The notes beneath the pieces were generated by a model. It saw only the letters and a program-made list of their open reading frames with translations, was not told the origin of the DNA and did no database searches. Both the position numbers and the translations under genes were made by a program. Shown here in pieces: positions 48,066 to 57,722 of a DNA stretch of 64,000 nt (position 1 is its first letter; each line of letters starts with the position of its first letter). The stretch covers positions 1-64,000 of the forward strand of contig JBCNVD010000008.1 of the NCBI GenBank assembly GCA_039630345.1, in the 5' to 3' direction. The DNA is from Aquificaceae bacterium. GTDB lineage: Bacteria > Aquificota > Aquificia > Aquificales > Aquificaceae.

Positions 48066-48868
48066 TGAGAATATCAAAAGCTTTAACGGTTGCAGGTTCT
48101 GATAGCAGTGGCGGTGCAGGTGTGCAGGCAGATTTAAAGACTTTTACCGCCCTTGGCGTCTATGGCATGAGCGCAATTACCTGTATAACTGTGCAGAATA
48201 CAATGGGAGTTTTTCACACGCAGGAAGTCTCGCCTGAGGTAGTTTACGACCAGATAAGGGTCGTTTATGAAGATATAGGAATAGATGCTCTCAAAACTGG
48301 CATGCTCTATAGCGCAAAGACTGTTAAAATGGTGGCAAAAGCTGTTTTGGAATTTGGCCTTAGAAACCTTGTTGTAGATCCTGTTATGCGGGCAAAGTCT
48401 GGCGATTCACTCCTTAGAGAGGATGCAAAATCAGCGCTTATTGAGGAGCTTTTACCTCTTGCTCTTGTTGTCACCCCAAACATTCCAGAAGCCCAGGAGC
48501 TGACCGGTATACCCATAGAAACCATACAGGATATGGAAAGTGCTTGCAAAATCATAAGAGAAAGGGGATGTCAAACAGTGCTTGTTAAAGGCGGACATAT
48601 TGAATCTGGAGACGAAGCTATAGATGTTTTCTTTGACGGTCAAGAGTTTCACTACTTTAGCTCTCCGTTTGTAAATACCAGAAACACTCACGGCACTGGT
48701 TGCACCTTTTCTGCTGCAATAACAGCCTTTTTGGCAATGGGCCAAGAGCTTAAAGAAGCAATAAGGGAAGCCAAACACTATGTCTATGGTGCTATAGAAC
48801 ACTCTATAGACATAGGCAGAGGTCACGGACCTTTGAATCATTTCTGGCATCTTTACTTTAATACATAA
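48065..48868 (+). CDS. thiD: Hydroxymethylpyrimidine/phosphomethylpyrimidine kinase
   Basis: AGSDSSGGAGVQADLKT, KTGML, VKGGH, THGTGCT. Confidence 0.96.
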   Translation: MRISKALTVAGSDSSGGAGVQADLKTFTALGVYGMSAITCITVQNTMGVFHTQEVSPEVVYDQIRVVYEDIGIDALKTGMLYSAKTVKMVAKAVLEFGLRNLVVDPVMRAKSGDSLLREDAKSALIEELLPLALVVTPNIPEAQELTGIPIETIQDMESACKIIRERGCQTVLVKGGHIESGDEAIDVFFDGQEFHYFSSPFVNTRNTHGTGCTFSAAITAFLAMGQELKEAIREAKHYVYGAIEHSIDIGRGHGPLNHFWHLYFNT

Positions 48869-49197
48869 GCCACTGCGATTGCGTAATCCCCATCGTGGGA
48901 TATAGAAACCTTTATTCTGGTTGTGATACTTTTTCTTATTTTTACTATCGGTTCTCCCTCTTTTCCTTTTATGACTTCTATTTGTTTTAAATTTAGTTTT
49001 ATTCCTGTTGATACATAAACTGCTTTAAAAATAGCCTCTTTACAGGCCCACCTTCCCGCCAGGCACTTTTCTGGCTCTTTAAAAACCAGGCATAGCCTAA
49101 GTTCCTCTTCAGAAAACACCCTTTTTAGGAATCTCTCACCGTGTCTTTCCAGCGCTTTTTTAATCCTTGGTATATAGATTATATCAACTCCTATCAT
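48853..49197 (-). CDS. acpS: Holo-ACP synthase
   Basis: IGVDII, AGRWACKEAIFKA, SISHDGDYA; start re-assigned to ATG 49197 or 49200. Confidence 0.93.
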   Translation of the reverse strand: MIGVDIIYIPRIKKALERHGERFLKRVFSEEELRLCLVFKEPEKCLAGRWACKEAIFKAVYVSTGIKLNLKQIEVIKGKEGEPIVKIRKSITTRIKVSISHDGDYAIAVAYVLK

Positions 49198-49219
49198 CAT
49201 AAAATTAAATAGCAAAAAC

Positions 49220-49738
49220 ATGAAACTAGAGAGGATATTTCTGGTAGGATTTATGTGCTCTGGTAAGTCGACTGTGGGCTCTGCACTCTCTAAAGCTCTT
49301 GGATGGCGATATCTTGATACAGACCTCGAGATTGAAAAAAAGCTCGGAAAGTCCATAGATAAAATCTTCAAAGAAGAGGGCGAGGCGTTTTTCCGAGAAT
49401 TTGAAATAAAAGTTCTCAAAGAGATTATAAACAATCAAAACATAGTTATAAGCACAGGTGGTGGCCTTGGTGCGAACATAGCTGCGATGGAGATTATGTT
49501 AGGAAGCGGGTTTGTTGTCTGGCTAAGGATTGATTTTGAGACCTTTATCAGTCGTTGCTCTAATACACATAGGCCTCTCCTCTCAATAAAAGAGGTCAAT
49601 CTAAAACAGCTTATGCAAAACCGCGAAGAGGTTTATAAGCTTGCACACTTGGAGCTCGATAGCTCAAGGGATTTGGATGATGTGATTAAGGATTTACTTC
49701 ATCGCCTCGACCGCGTTTGTGATATCAATAAGCTCTGA
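49220..49738 (+). CDS. aroK: Shikimate kinase
   Basis: GFMCSGKST, GEAFFREFE, STGGG, RPLL. Confidence 0.94.
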   Translation: MKLERIFLVGFMCSGKSTVGSALSKALGWRYLDTDLEIEKKLGKSIDKIFKEEGEAFFREFEIKVLKEIINNQNIVISTGGGLGANIAAMEIMLGSGFVVWLRIDFETFISRCSNTHRPLLSIKEVNLKQLMQNREEVYKLAHLELDSSRDLDDVIKDLLHRLDRVCDINKL

Positions 49739-50557
49739 AGTTATTGATTCTTGACGGGCTTTATTAAAAATTAGCGTCCAGGTTTTAATAAGCTGGTCTG
49801 CGTTTCTTGTAGCATTATCCATAGCGAGCATTCTCGCTAGATGCTCTGCAGCGCTTGATTCAAGCAAAGCCCTGTATATCTGGTAGTTAAGATATAGCTC
49901 TATTAACCTATTTAGAAAATCTTCAAGGTCTCCTTCAAATTCATATTTCAGTTCCTGACCCCCTTCCAAAAGCTTTAGGGGCAAAAATTGCCTCAGAACT
50001 GGTTGAAAGCTTGCTCTGGTTTGAAGCTCGTTATTGAGTATAAAAACCGCATCACAGCTCTCTGTCAGGAATCTATCTTTTAAAAAACTTCCTATTTGCT
50101 TAACTGCTTCAAAATCAACATCTTTTTTAACCACCTCTTCGAGTTTAAATATGACCTTCCCTTTACGCTTTGATAGCCCCTGGATTGCCTTTCTACCTAC
50201 CAAAACAAAACTCACCTCTCTGCCAAGGGCGTTTTGCTCTTTTACTATCTCTTCCGCGCGCTTTATTACGCTTGAGTTAAAAGCCCCTGCCAAACCTCTA
50301 TCGGCGCTTATTACAACAAGGTCAACTCGCCTTACTTCTCTTACCTCAAACATCGGATTTTCCAAAGCTCCTTCCTGAAATGCAACCGCTCTTACCATAT
50401 CGTAAAGGTAATCCGAATAAGGCCTTGAGGAAAATATTAGCTCCTGGGCCCTTCTTAGCTTGGCAGCAGAAACCACCTTCATGGCCTTTGTTATACGCCT
50501 GGTGTTTTTGATCCCCTGGATTTTTCTCCTTATTTCCCTTGGAGATAATTTTGGCAT
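49694..50557 (-). CDS. atpG: ATP synthase F1 gamma subunit
   Basis: ITKAMKVVSAAK, DRGLAGAFNS, ARMLAMDNAT, NKARQESIT. Confidence 0.96.
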   Translation of the reverse strand: MPKLSPREIRRKIQGIKNTRRITKAMKVVSAAKLRRAQELIFSSRPYSDYLYDMVRAVAFQEGALENPMFEVREVRRVDLVVISADRGLAGAFNSSVIKRAEEIVKEQNALGREVSFVLVGRKAIQGLSKRKGKVIFKLEEVVKKDVDFEAVKQIGSFLKDRFLTESCDAVFILNNELQTRASFQPVLRQFLPLKLLEGGQELKYEFEGDLEDFLNRLIELYLNYQIYRALLESSAAEHLARMLAMDNATRNADQLIKTWTLIFNKARQESITSELIDITNAVEAMK

Positions 50558-50571
50558 AGAATTATTATAAA

Positions 50572-50586
50572 CGCGCTTCGCGCAAT
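50572..50586. repeat. 15-bp intergenic repeat CGCGCTTCGCGCAAT, copy 2
   Basis: Identical to 7957-7971; last 2 nt are the AT of the next start codon. Confidence 0.7.
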
Positions 50587-51013
50587 GAGACCTTTTGAAG
50601 AATTCTTTAGATTTAAAGCCTGGTCAGAACGCTACAAAGAGGAATTTAAGCCCCCCTCCACAGCCTCCCGCTTTGAAAAGGCTATGGAAGCTATGCGCTT
50701 TGGAGGAAGAAAGGAGCGTCTTTTGGATAGTAGAGTTCTCTACTGGACAGATTTTTGTGGGAATTATACCTACAGACTTTTTAACTCTTTTGAAAACCTG
50801 ACTGACGAAGAGCTATGCTTTGTTTTTTATGTCCTTGGGAAGTTGTTTATTCCTCTATTGCTTCACGAGCGAGGCGTATGCTCAGAAGCCTTTTCAAAGC
50901 TCTCCGAAAAAGAGCAAGAAGAAGCAGTTCTTGAAGAAATAAACGCAATACTGGAAAACAAAATTGTTGGTCTTTTGCAGTCTTTACCCTATCTTAATTT
51001 AAACTCCAGATGA
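50585..51013 (+). CDS. Hypothetical protein
   Basis: 142-aa ORF filling the gap; no recognised motif. Confidence 0.65.
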   Translation: MRPFEEFFRFKAWSERYKEEFKPPSTASRFEKAMEAMRFGGRKERLLDSRVLYWTDFCGNYTYRLFNSFENLTDEELCFVFYVLGKLFIPLLLHERGVCSEAFSKLSEKEQEEAVLEEINAILENKIVGLLQSLPYLNLNSR

Positions 51014-52482
51014 AATCCGCTATGACTAGCGAAAGCTTTTGTTTCCCATCCGTGTAAATTGGCTATGTGCCTTACGATAGCAAGACCAAGACCCATCCCT
51101 GATTGCTTTTTAGAATAGTAAGGCTCAAAAATAAGTTCTTCCTCGCCCTCTTCGATGCCTTTACCGTCATCTTTATAAACTATTTCTCTTGCAGAGAGCT
51201 TTACTGAAACATTTTTTGCTCCCCATTCGACGCTATTATTCAAAAGGTTTAAAAAAAGGTCTTTCAAAAGTTTTCTATCCGCTTTTATGTTAGCTTCTCC
51301 AATTACTTTTAGGGTAATTTCAGGATAAAGCACAGAAAACTCTTTCAAAAAAGTCTCTAGATTAACATCTTCTGGTTTTATATCTATGTTGTCCGATAGT
51401 TGAGAAAACTGACTGGTGGTTTTGGCTATTCTTTCAACTTCTTCTATAAGGTGTTTTATAATATCTTTTAGCTCTTCTCTTTGCATAAGCTTTTCCAGGT
51501 TTAAGCGAATCGGCGTGAGGGGATTTTTGATCTCATGGGCTATTCTTTTGACCGCATATTGCCATGTTCTGAACCGCTCTGCGAGCAATATTGGCTCTAA
51601 GTCTTCATAGATTTCTATTTGTGCGCTCTCTATCTGAGTTTTCTGAACATGCACATTTGGTTTCAGGCTCAGCTTTTTGAAAGTGTTGTTTTCAAGAGTC
51701 TGTCCGTCTAAAGAAGAGTATCTTATGCCTATTGGCAGGGCATCAAAGACCATTTTTAAAATGGCTCTTTCTTTTTCTATCTTTTCATAAAGTCTTTTTA
51801 GCTCCTGTTTCATATTTATAAAGCTCTCAGATAGTTCCTGTATTTCATCAGAAGTTTTTGCAGGCTCTAAAATTGTGTCGAAATTTCCCCTTGAGAGCTC
51901 TCTTGCCCTCAAAGTTAGCTTCTCTATAGGTATACTGATGTGCCTTGCTATTAAGTTGCCAAGCCATATTGCACTTATAAAAGAAATAAATGCAAGAAGG
52001 ACCACAAACTGAAGATAAACTCCGCTTATTATGTCGCGTGCTTTTACCATTGCTCTTAGATTGAGGGCTGTTTGGTGGGCTTTTAGAGCTTCTTGCCAGC
52101 CAGGATGGTTTTTATCTATCTTTTGAATAAGCGCATTCGTAGACTCTGATATGTATCTTAATTGACTGCTTACCATCGTTTTTGTAGACTGAAGTAAAAC
52201 TATAGCGGTTGCAATCTGCAAAAATATCAATGGAACAACCACATAGAAACTAATCATAGTTGTTAGTTTCTTTCTCAGTTTACCTTTCTGGCTTAGGTAA
52301 GTCTTGATTGCTTTTCTGAAAAAAACTATCAGGGCTATGATTAAAACAAGAAGGTCAAGATTTATTACCAGAAGGACAAGAGGATAACCTATAGGCCATA
52401 TAGTCCTTAAATTATCCAGAAAGGCTATATTTATTGCAATAAAAACAAAAAGGAAGAAAAAAAATGCTAAAAAAAGCTTCAA
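50989..52482 (-). CDS. HAMP-domain sensor histidine kinase (NtrY-like)
   Basis: TM helices, HAMP DEIQELSESF, H-box IAHEIKNPLTP, DDGKG, GMGLGL. Confidence 0.92.
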   Translation of the reverse strand: MKLFLAFFFFLFVFIAINIAFLDNLRTIWPIGYPLVLLVINLDLLVLIIALIVFFRKAIKTYLSQKGKLRKKLTTMISFYVVVPLIFLQIATAIVLLQSTKTMVSSQLRYISESTNALIQKIDKNHPGWQEALKAHQTALNLRAMVKARDIISGVYLQFVVLLAFISFISAIWLGNLIARHISIPIEKLTLRARELSRGNFDTILEPAKTSDEIQELSESFINMKQELKRLYEKIEKERAILKMVFDALPIGIRYSSLDGQTLENNTFKKLSLKPNVHVQKTQIESAQIEIYEDLEPILLAERFRTWQYAVKRIAHEIKNPLTPIRLNLEKLMQREELKDIIKHLIEEVERIAKTTSQFSQLSDNIDIKPEDVNLETFLKEFSVLYPEITLKVIGEANIKADRKLLKDLFLNLLNNSVEWGAKNVSVKLSAREIVYKDDGKGIEEGEEELIFEPYYSKKQSGMGLGLAIVRHIANLHGWETKAFASHSGFHLEFKLR

Positions 52483-53138
52483 TCCTGTTCCTTGTGCTGG
52501 TGTTTAACCACTTCTCCTTCTGACCAGTAAATAGCCATCTCTGCTATGTTTGTTGCGTGGTCTCCCATACGCTCTAGGTTTTTGGATATAAAAGAAAGAT
52601 GTATAGAACGCTTTATGTTTCTGACATCTTCGAGCATATATGTTATTAATTCTCTCTGAAGCTGGACATATAACTCGTTGATTATAGAGTCTTTTTCAAT
52701 TACTTTTTTTGCAAGTGCTACGTCTCTTTGGAAAAAGCTAAGAACTGAGTCCTCTATCATGCTTTTAACATTTGCAGACATTAGATTTAGATTGACATAT
52801 GGCTTTAAAGGTGGTTCCTGAGCCAGCAAAATTACTCTGTTTGCTATGTTTTCTGCCTCATCTCCTATGCGCTCAAGGTCAGAAACGACTTTATAAATTC
52901 CCATAATTAGCCTGAGGTCTACTGCCTCTGGTTGATATAGGGCTACCATTCTTATGCATCTTCTTTCAATCTCTATTTCCATTGCGTCGATGCTATCGTC
53001 TGATTTTATAACTTCGCTTGCAAGGTCTGTGTCATGCCTGTTCATACAGTCGATTGCTTTATCTACCGCTTCTTTTACTGCCCCTGCCATTTTTAGCACA
53101 AGACTCTTGGTCTCTTCGAGTTCCTGATGCAGTTTCAT
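52479..53138 (-). CDS. phoU: Phosphate signalling protein PhoU
   Basis: QPEAVDLR, DLERIGD, LERMGDHATNIAE. Confidence 0.96.
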   Translation of the reverse strand: MKLHQELEETKSLVLKMAGAVKEAVDKAIDCMNRHDTDLASEVIKSDDSIDAMEIEIERRCIRMVALYQPEAVDLRLIMGIYKVVSDLERIGDEAENIANRVILLAQEPPLKPYVNLNLMSANVKSMIEDSVLSFFQRDVALAKKVIEKDSIINELYVQLQRELITYMLEDVRNIKRSIHLSFISKNLERMGDHATNIAEMAIYWSEGEVVKHQHKEQD

Positions 53139-53165
53139 CTGTTCCCTCCTTTATAGTATTTTATA

Positions 53166-55859
53166 GTGGAAATACAAAAGTGGCTTGAGCGCTGGTCTTT
53201 CAACCTTAATCGCACGCTTGAGGATATAAATTCAATGCTCTGTAGGTGCGAATCTCTCAAGGAGCTAAACGAAAGAAGATTTGCTCTGCTGGTTAGCATT
53301 CTTGAGAACTCTTCTTGCTTAAGGAGTTTTCTTCTAAAAAACCCGCATGAGTTTATGAAAAGCATTCAAAATCTGTGGTATCTGGTTAAAACAAAGGAGT
53401 ATTACCTTTCAGAGCTTAAAGAACTGACAAAAGATGTCTCAAATGATCAGGAGTTTGTTAATATCCTTTCTTATTACAGACATCGCGAGCTTTTAAGAAT
53501 CTTTTCAAAAGAGTTTTTAAATGTCAGACCTCTTAAAGAAATACTCTCTGAATATTCCGCTTTACCTGACGCTATGTTAGAGCTTTGCTACGAAAGGGCG
53601 CTTTTTCAAATGACTATGTCTTTTGGAGAACCTCTTCATAATGATGGAACGCCTGCAACTGGTTGCATCGTAGCGCTTGGTAAACTCGGCAGTAGCGAGC
53701 TTAACTACTACTCTGACATAGACCTTATGTTTCTCTATTCTTCTTCTGAGGGTAAAGCGGGGAAGCTGACTTTAACAGAGTTTTTCACCGGGGTTTTTCA
53801 AAAAGTTGTTAAATTTATGTCAAGCCCCGGAGAAAGCGGGGCTCCTTTTTTGATCGACCTTGATTTAAGACCTTTTGGCAAATCAGGACCTTTGTGCGTT
53901 TGTCTTGATTCCGCAGAGCTTTATTACGAATCCCAGGCAAGGCAGTGGGAGAGGTTTGCACTCCTTCGTGCGCGCTACTGTGCAGGCGACAGGAGGCTAT
54001 TTGAGCGCTTTAATACCCTAATTAGAGAGCCTTTTGTATTTAGAAAAAGCCTTGATTATCAGATTATTGACGAGATAAGACTTTTAAAATCTCAGCTTCA
54101 GCTTCTATCGAGCAAAAACATAGGTTACTGGGATGTAAAGCTCGGTGCAGGAGGCATAAGAGAGTTAGAGTTTGGTCTTCAGACGCTGGTTTTGCTCCTT
54201 GGTGGCAAGGATCCGTTTTTAAGAGAGAGCAACACCTTTGGCATTATCTGGAGACTTATGCAAAAGGGGATTATTTCACCAAAAGAGGCAAAAGAGCTCG
54301 AGATAGCTTACGAGTTTTTGCGAAAGGTAGAGCACCGAATCCAGCTAAGTAATTGCAACCAAACTCATAAGCTAACTGACCAGCCTTCTGTTGCCCGTTC
54401 TATGCTTTTGGATGTTGAAGAATTTTCAAAGGAACTTTCTTATGCGAAAAGTATAGTCGAGAGGTTTTTCAGCTCTGCCCTGCCGGCAGTTCGCCAAATC
54501 GATGGCTTTGAAGGTGCTTTGCTTTTTGAGGATTTTGACACCTGCGTTGGTTTTCTCGGGGATATGGGTTTTTCCTCAGTTGAAAATATATGTAGAGGCT
54601 TATTTCGCCACATTCGTGAGCTCTCTTCAAAAGAGAGAGAAAACTTTGCTGGTATTGTTAAAAGACTTTTAGAGATTTTAAGTAAAACACCAGAGCCTGA
54701 TGCCGCGTTTTCGAACTTTGATGTGTTTTTTTCCAATCCATCCGGTAAGAGGATACTTCTCAGCGAGAGTAAAGCGGATTTTCTTCCTGGTCTTTGTAGT
54801 ATCTTTTCAATTTCGCAATATCTCTCTCTTTTAATTTCAAAGTTTCCGGACCTGGTTGAGGATGTCTTGACACTCTATCAGGAATTTCCATCTCCTGATG
54901 AGTTATTAAGTGAATTTGACCGCCTTTCTATGCGTCAGAGCCTTGAAGGCGCTTTGAGAAGATTCAAGACCCTTTGGGAGGTGAGACTGTCCTTGCTATA
55001 TACCTTCAGGGCGCAAAATAGCAGTGCCCCTTTAAGGGCTTTTGTAAGAGCCCTTTCGGATGTTGCGGATTTTATCCTGCGAAAGGTTATGCAGGCACTT
55101 GAGGCCGATAGAGAACTCGCTCTCATAGCACTTGGTAAGCTCGGTGGCAGGGAGCTTGGTCTTGGCTCTGATATTGATATAGTTTTTTTAAGCCCTGAAG
55201 GAGACGAAAAGAGTCAGAAGCTTGCGCAAAAGGTGGTTTCGTGGCTTGTTAAACATACCGCCGATGGATATTTGTATCAGGTTGATCTGCGACTTCGTCC
55301 GATGGGTAGTAGCGGGGTTTTATCCCCGGGGGTGGATTTTGTAAAGAATTATTTTAAAACAACCGCACGCCCATGGGAGTTTCTTGCCTGGAGCAGAGCA
55401 AGGTTCATAGCAGGCAGAGAGGACATCTGGGAAGAGATCAAACCATATCTTAGGCGCATGGGGCTTAGCAAAGAGGAAAGGTTAGAGATCGTTGCAATAA
55501 GACAGGAACTTTCCGCTCAGGTCAAAAGAGGTGAGTTTGACATAAAGTTATCGCCCGGGGGATTAATAGATGCGGAGCTTGCCACTCAGGCTCTTGTTCT
55601 TGAAAGAGGTCTAAATCAAACCTCAACCCTTGATGCTCTTGAGATTTTGGGCCAGGAGCAAGAGTGGTTAAAATGCGCGAAGCGCGCTTATGAATTTTTA
55701 AGAAAATTGGAAATTATGCAGAAGTTATCGGGGGGTAAGAGTATAAAGAAAAAGCATTTTGCTATGCTGGTGGGTTTAACGCCTGAAGAGTTTGAGAAGG
55801 CTTTAAAAAGTGCGCGTGATACATTGCAGGAAGTTTTTAACCGTGTGTTTGGCGGATGA
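53166..55859 (+). CDS. glnE: Glutamine synthetase adenylyltransferase/removase
   Basis: Two nucleotidyltransferase domains (LGKLGSSELNYYSDID; LGKLGGRELGLGSDID), DLRLRP. Confidence 0.9.
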   Translation: MEIQKWLERWSFNLNRTLEDINSMLCRCESLKELNERRFALLVSILENSSCLRSFLLKNPHEFMKSIQNLWYLVKTKEYYLSELKELTKDVSNDQEFVNILSYYRHRELLRIFSKEFLNVRPLKEILSEYSALPDAMLELCYERALFQMTMSFGEPLHNDGTPATGCIVALGKLGSSELNYYSDIDLMFLYSSSEGKAGKLTLTEFFTGVFQKVVKFMSSPGESGAPFLIDLDLRPFGKSGPLCVCLDSAELYYESQARQWERFALLRARYCAGDRRLFERFNTLIREPFVFRKSLDYQIIDEIRLLKSQLQLLSSKNIGYWDVKLGAGGIRELEFGLQTLVLLLGGKDPFLRESNTFGIIWRLMQKGIISPKEAKELEIAYEFLRKVEHRIQLSNCNQTHKLTDQPSVARSMLLDVEEFSKELSYAKSIVERFFSSALPAVRQIDGFEGALLFEDFDTCVGFLGDMGFSSVENICRGLFRHIRELSSKERENFAGIVKRLLEILSKTPEPDAAFSNFDVFFSNPSGKRILLSESKADFLPGLCSIFSISQYLSLLISKFPDLVEDVLTLYQEFPSPDELLSEFDRLSMRQSLEGALRRFKTLWEVRLSLLYTFRAQNSSAPLRAFVRALSDVADFILRKVMQALEADRELALIALGKLGGRELGLGSDIDIVFLSPEGDEKSQKLAQKVVSWLVKHTADGYLYQVDLRLRPMGSSGVLSPGVDFVKNYFKTTARPWEFLAWSRARFIAGREDIWEEIKPYLRRMGLSKEERLEIVAIRQELSAQVKRGEFDIKLSPGGLIDAELATQALVLERGLNQTSTLDALEILGQEQEWLKCAKRAYEFLRKLEIMQKLSGGKSIKKKHFAMLVGLTPEEFEKALKSARDTLQEVFNRVFGG

Positions 55860-56505
55860 TAAGACCGTCTTTCACTTCAATTATCCTTCCTGTATAGCGC
55901 GTTAGTTCAAGTTCATGAGTTACCATAAGGATTGTTGTGCCGAGTTCATTGACTTTTTTGAATATTTCCATTACCTTTTGTGTGTTTTTACTGTCAAGAC
56001 TGCCGGTTGGTTCGTCCGCAAGTAAAAGTACAGGGTCGTTAATAAGAGCTCTGGCTATTGCAACTCTTTGCATTTCACCGCCTGAGACTTGATATATGCG
56101 TCTGTTCATTTTGTCCTTTAGACCCAGGAATTCAAGAAGTTCAATAGCCCTGTTTTTAATATCTTTCTGGTTTTTGTCGCCTTTGAGAGCCGGTAGCATT
56201 ACATTTTCAAGCAAAGTAAATTCGGGCAAAAGAAAGTGGAACTGAAAAACAAAGCCCAGGTACTTGTTTCTTAAAAAACTCAGTCTAGATTTTTTTGAAA
56301 AGTCAACTTTTTCTTCAAGAAGAATTACTTCTCCTTCAGAGGGGGCATCTAGGAGTCCTGCAATGTATAAAAGAGAGCTCTTTCCAGAGCCACTTGCACC
56401 AAGGATGGCGGTAAACTCACCTTTTTCTATGCTAAGGTCTATGCCTTTTAGAATTTCTTCATTGCCTACTCTTTTTTTAATGCCTGAAAGGGTAAGAATT
56501 TTCAT
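55837..56505 (-). CDS. ABC transporter ATP-binding protein (LolD/MacB type)
   Basis: GASGSGKS, VSGGEMQR, LADEPTG. Confidence 0.94.
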   Translation of the reverse strand: MKILTLSGIKKRVGNEEILKGIDLSIEKGEFTAILGASGSGKSSLLYIAGLLDAPSEGEVILLEEKVDFSKKSRLSFLRNKYLGFVFQFHFLLPEFTLLENVMLPALKGDKNQKDIKNRAIELLEFLGLKDKMNRRIYQVSGGEMQRVAIARALINDPVLLLADEPTGSLDSKNTQKVMEIFKKVNELGTTILMVTHELELTRYTGRIIEVKDGLIIRQTHG

Positions 56506-57722
56506 TGGCTTCTGAATATATCTACCGGATTTAGTCTGCTTGCTCTGTATGCCGGATATATACTTGCTATCAAAGAGAAGAAGAAAGAAAACGCAATGCC
56601 ATATATGTAGTGGACTATGTCTCTATCTAACACAAAGCCCTTGCTTCTTACTAGCCCTTCGACATCGAGGTTTATCGTTTCCAGGTATTCTTGCATGCCA
56701 TAGCCAAGTATCACTCCAAGCAAAGAACCAATAGTTCCTATGAATAGTCCCTTTATTAAAAAAACCAGCATTACATCTCGTGGCATAAAGCCAAGTGCCA
56801 TAAGTATTGCGGTATCGCGCTTTTTCTCAAGGACTGTCATCATGATTATGTTAAATATTCCAAAAGAAGAGACAACCAGTATTGCAAAAACTATCATAAA
56901 AGTTATAGTATTTTGTATTTTAAAAATACTCAGGAAGTTTTTATATGCTTTTTGCCAGCTTTCTACCTCATATTCTGTTTTTTGTTGTAGCTCTCTTGCT
57001 AACTTCTCTGCTCTATTCACATCCTGTATTTTAAAAACTATCTCATTTACTTGATTGTGCTTATTTAAAATTCCTTGCAGTGTTTTTATGTGCATATAAA
57101 CTCTTACATCGTCAAGGTTTGTTATGCCAGAGTCAAAAAGGTCCACCACCTTCACATTAAGGGTTTGACCATCAGGTAAAACCAAAAGTAGAGAGTCTCC
57201 AACATCTTTAGCGCCAATACTCTTGGCAACCAGGATACCGGGAATAACCCCCATTCTGTTTGATTCAAGCTCTCTGAGGTTTTTAAACTTTAAAAACCTC
57301 TCTATAACAGAAGCCTCGGCTTCCTTTAATGGGTCTATACCGACTATATTGACCGGTTTTTCCTTAATTCCCTGTTTTAATATCCCTCTGGTAAGCAAAT
57401 GAGGGGCCGCTCCTTTTATCTCTTTATGTTTGGAGAATTCTTCTATCAGGTCTTGCCACCCCATAAGTTTGTCCTTTTCTTCTGATTTATAACCAAGTAT
57501 TAGCTCATTTGTTGATGCCTGGATAGGATTCTCTTTTGGTTTTATTTTAATGTGCGGCTCTATGTCTATAACTTGCTGAATAAAGAATTTTTGAAAACCA
57601 AACATCAAAGAGCTCATAACTATGTAGGCACAAACCCCTATTGAAACACCGATAATTGAAATAATTGTCTGACGCTTTCTTTCAAATAGCAGTTTAGAGG
57701 CAACAAAAAGAACATGCCTCAT
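56502..57722 (-). CDS. ABC transporter permease (LolC/E, MacB/FtsX type)
   Basis: TM1, large periplasmic loop, EKKRDTAILMALG, YPAYRASRLNPV. Confidence 0.92.
   Translation of the reverse strand: MRHVLFVASKLLFERKRQTIISIIGVSIGVCAYIVMSSLMFGFQKFFIQQVIDIEPHIKIKPKENPIQASTNELILGYKSEEKDKLMGWQDLIEEFSKHKEIKGAAPHLLTRGILKQGIKEKPVNIVGIDPLKEAEASVIERFLKFKNLRELESNRMGVIPGILVAKSIGAKDVGDSLLLVLPDGQTLNVKVVDLFDSGITNLDDVRVYMHIKTLQGILNKHNQVNEIVFKIQDVNRAEKLARELQQKTEYEVESWQKAYKNFLSIFKIQNTITFMIVFAILVVSSFGIFNIIMMTVLEKKRDTAILMALGFMPRDVMLVFLIKGLFIGTIGSLLGVILGYGMQEYLETINLDVEGLVRSKGFVLDRDIVHYIYGIAFSFFFSLIASIYPAYRASRLNPVDIFRSQ

Noticed and set aside
49201..49434. Long N-terminal extension of AcpS overlapping aroK
   Set aside because: AcpS homology starts at MIGVDI (49197); the extension is the antisense of aroK
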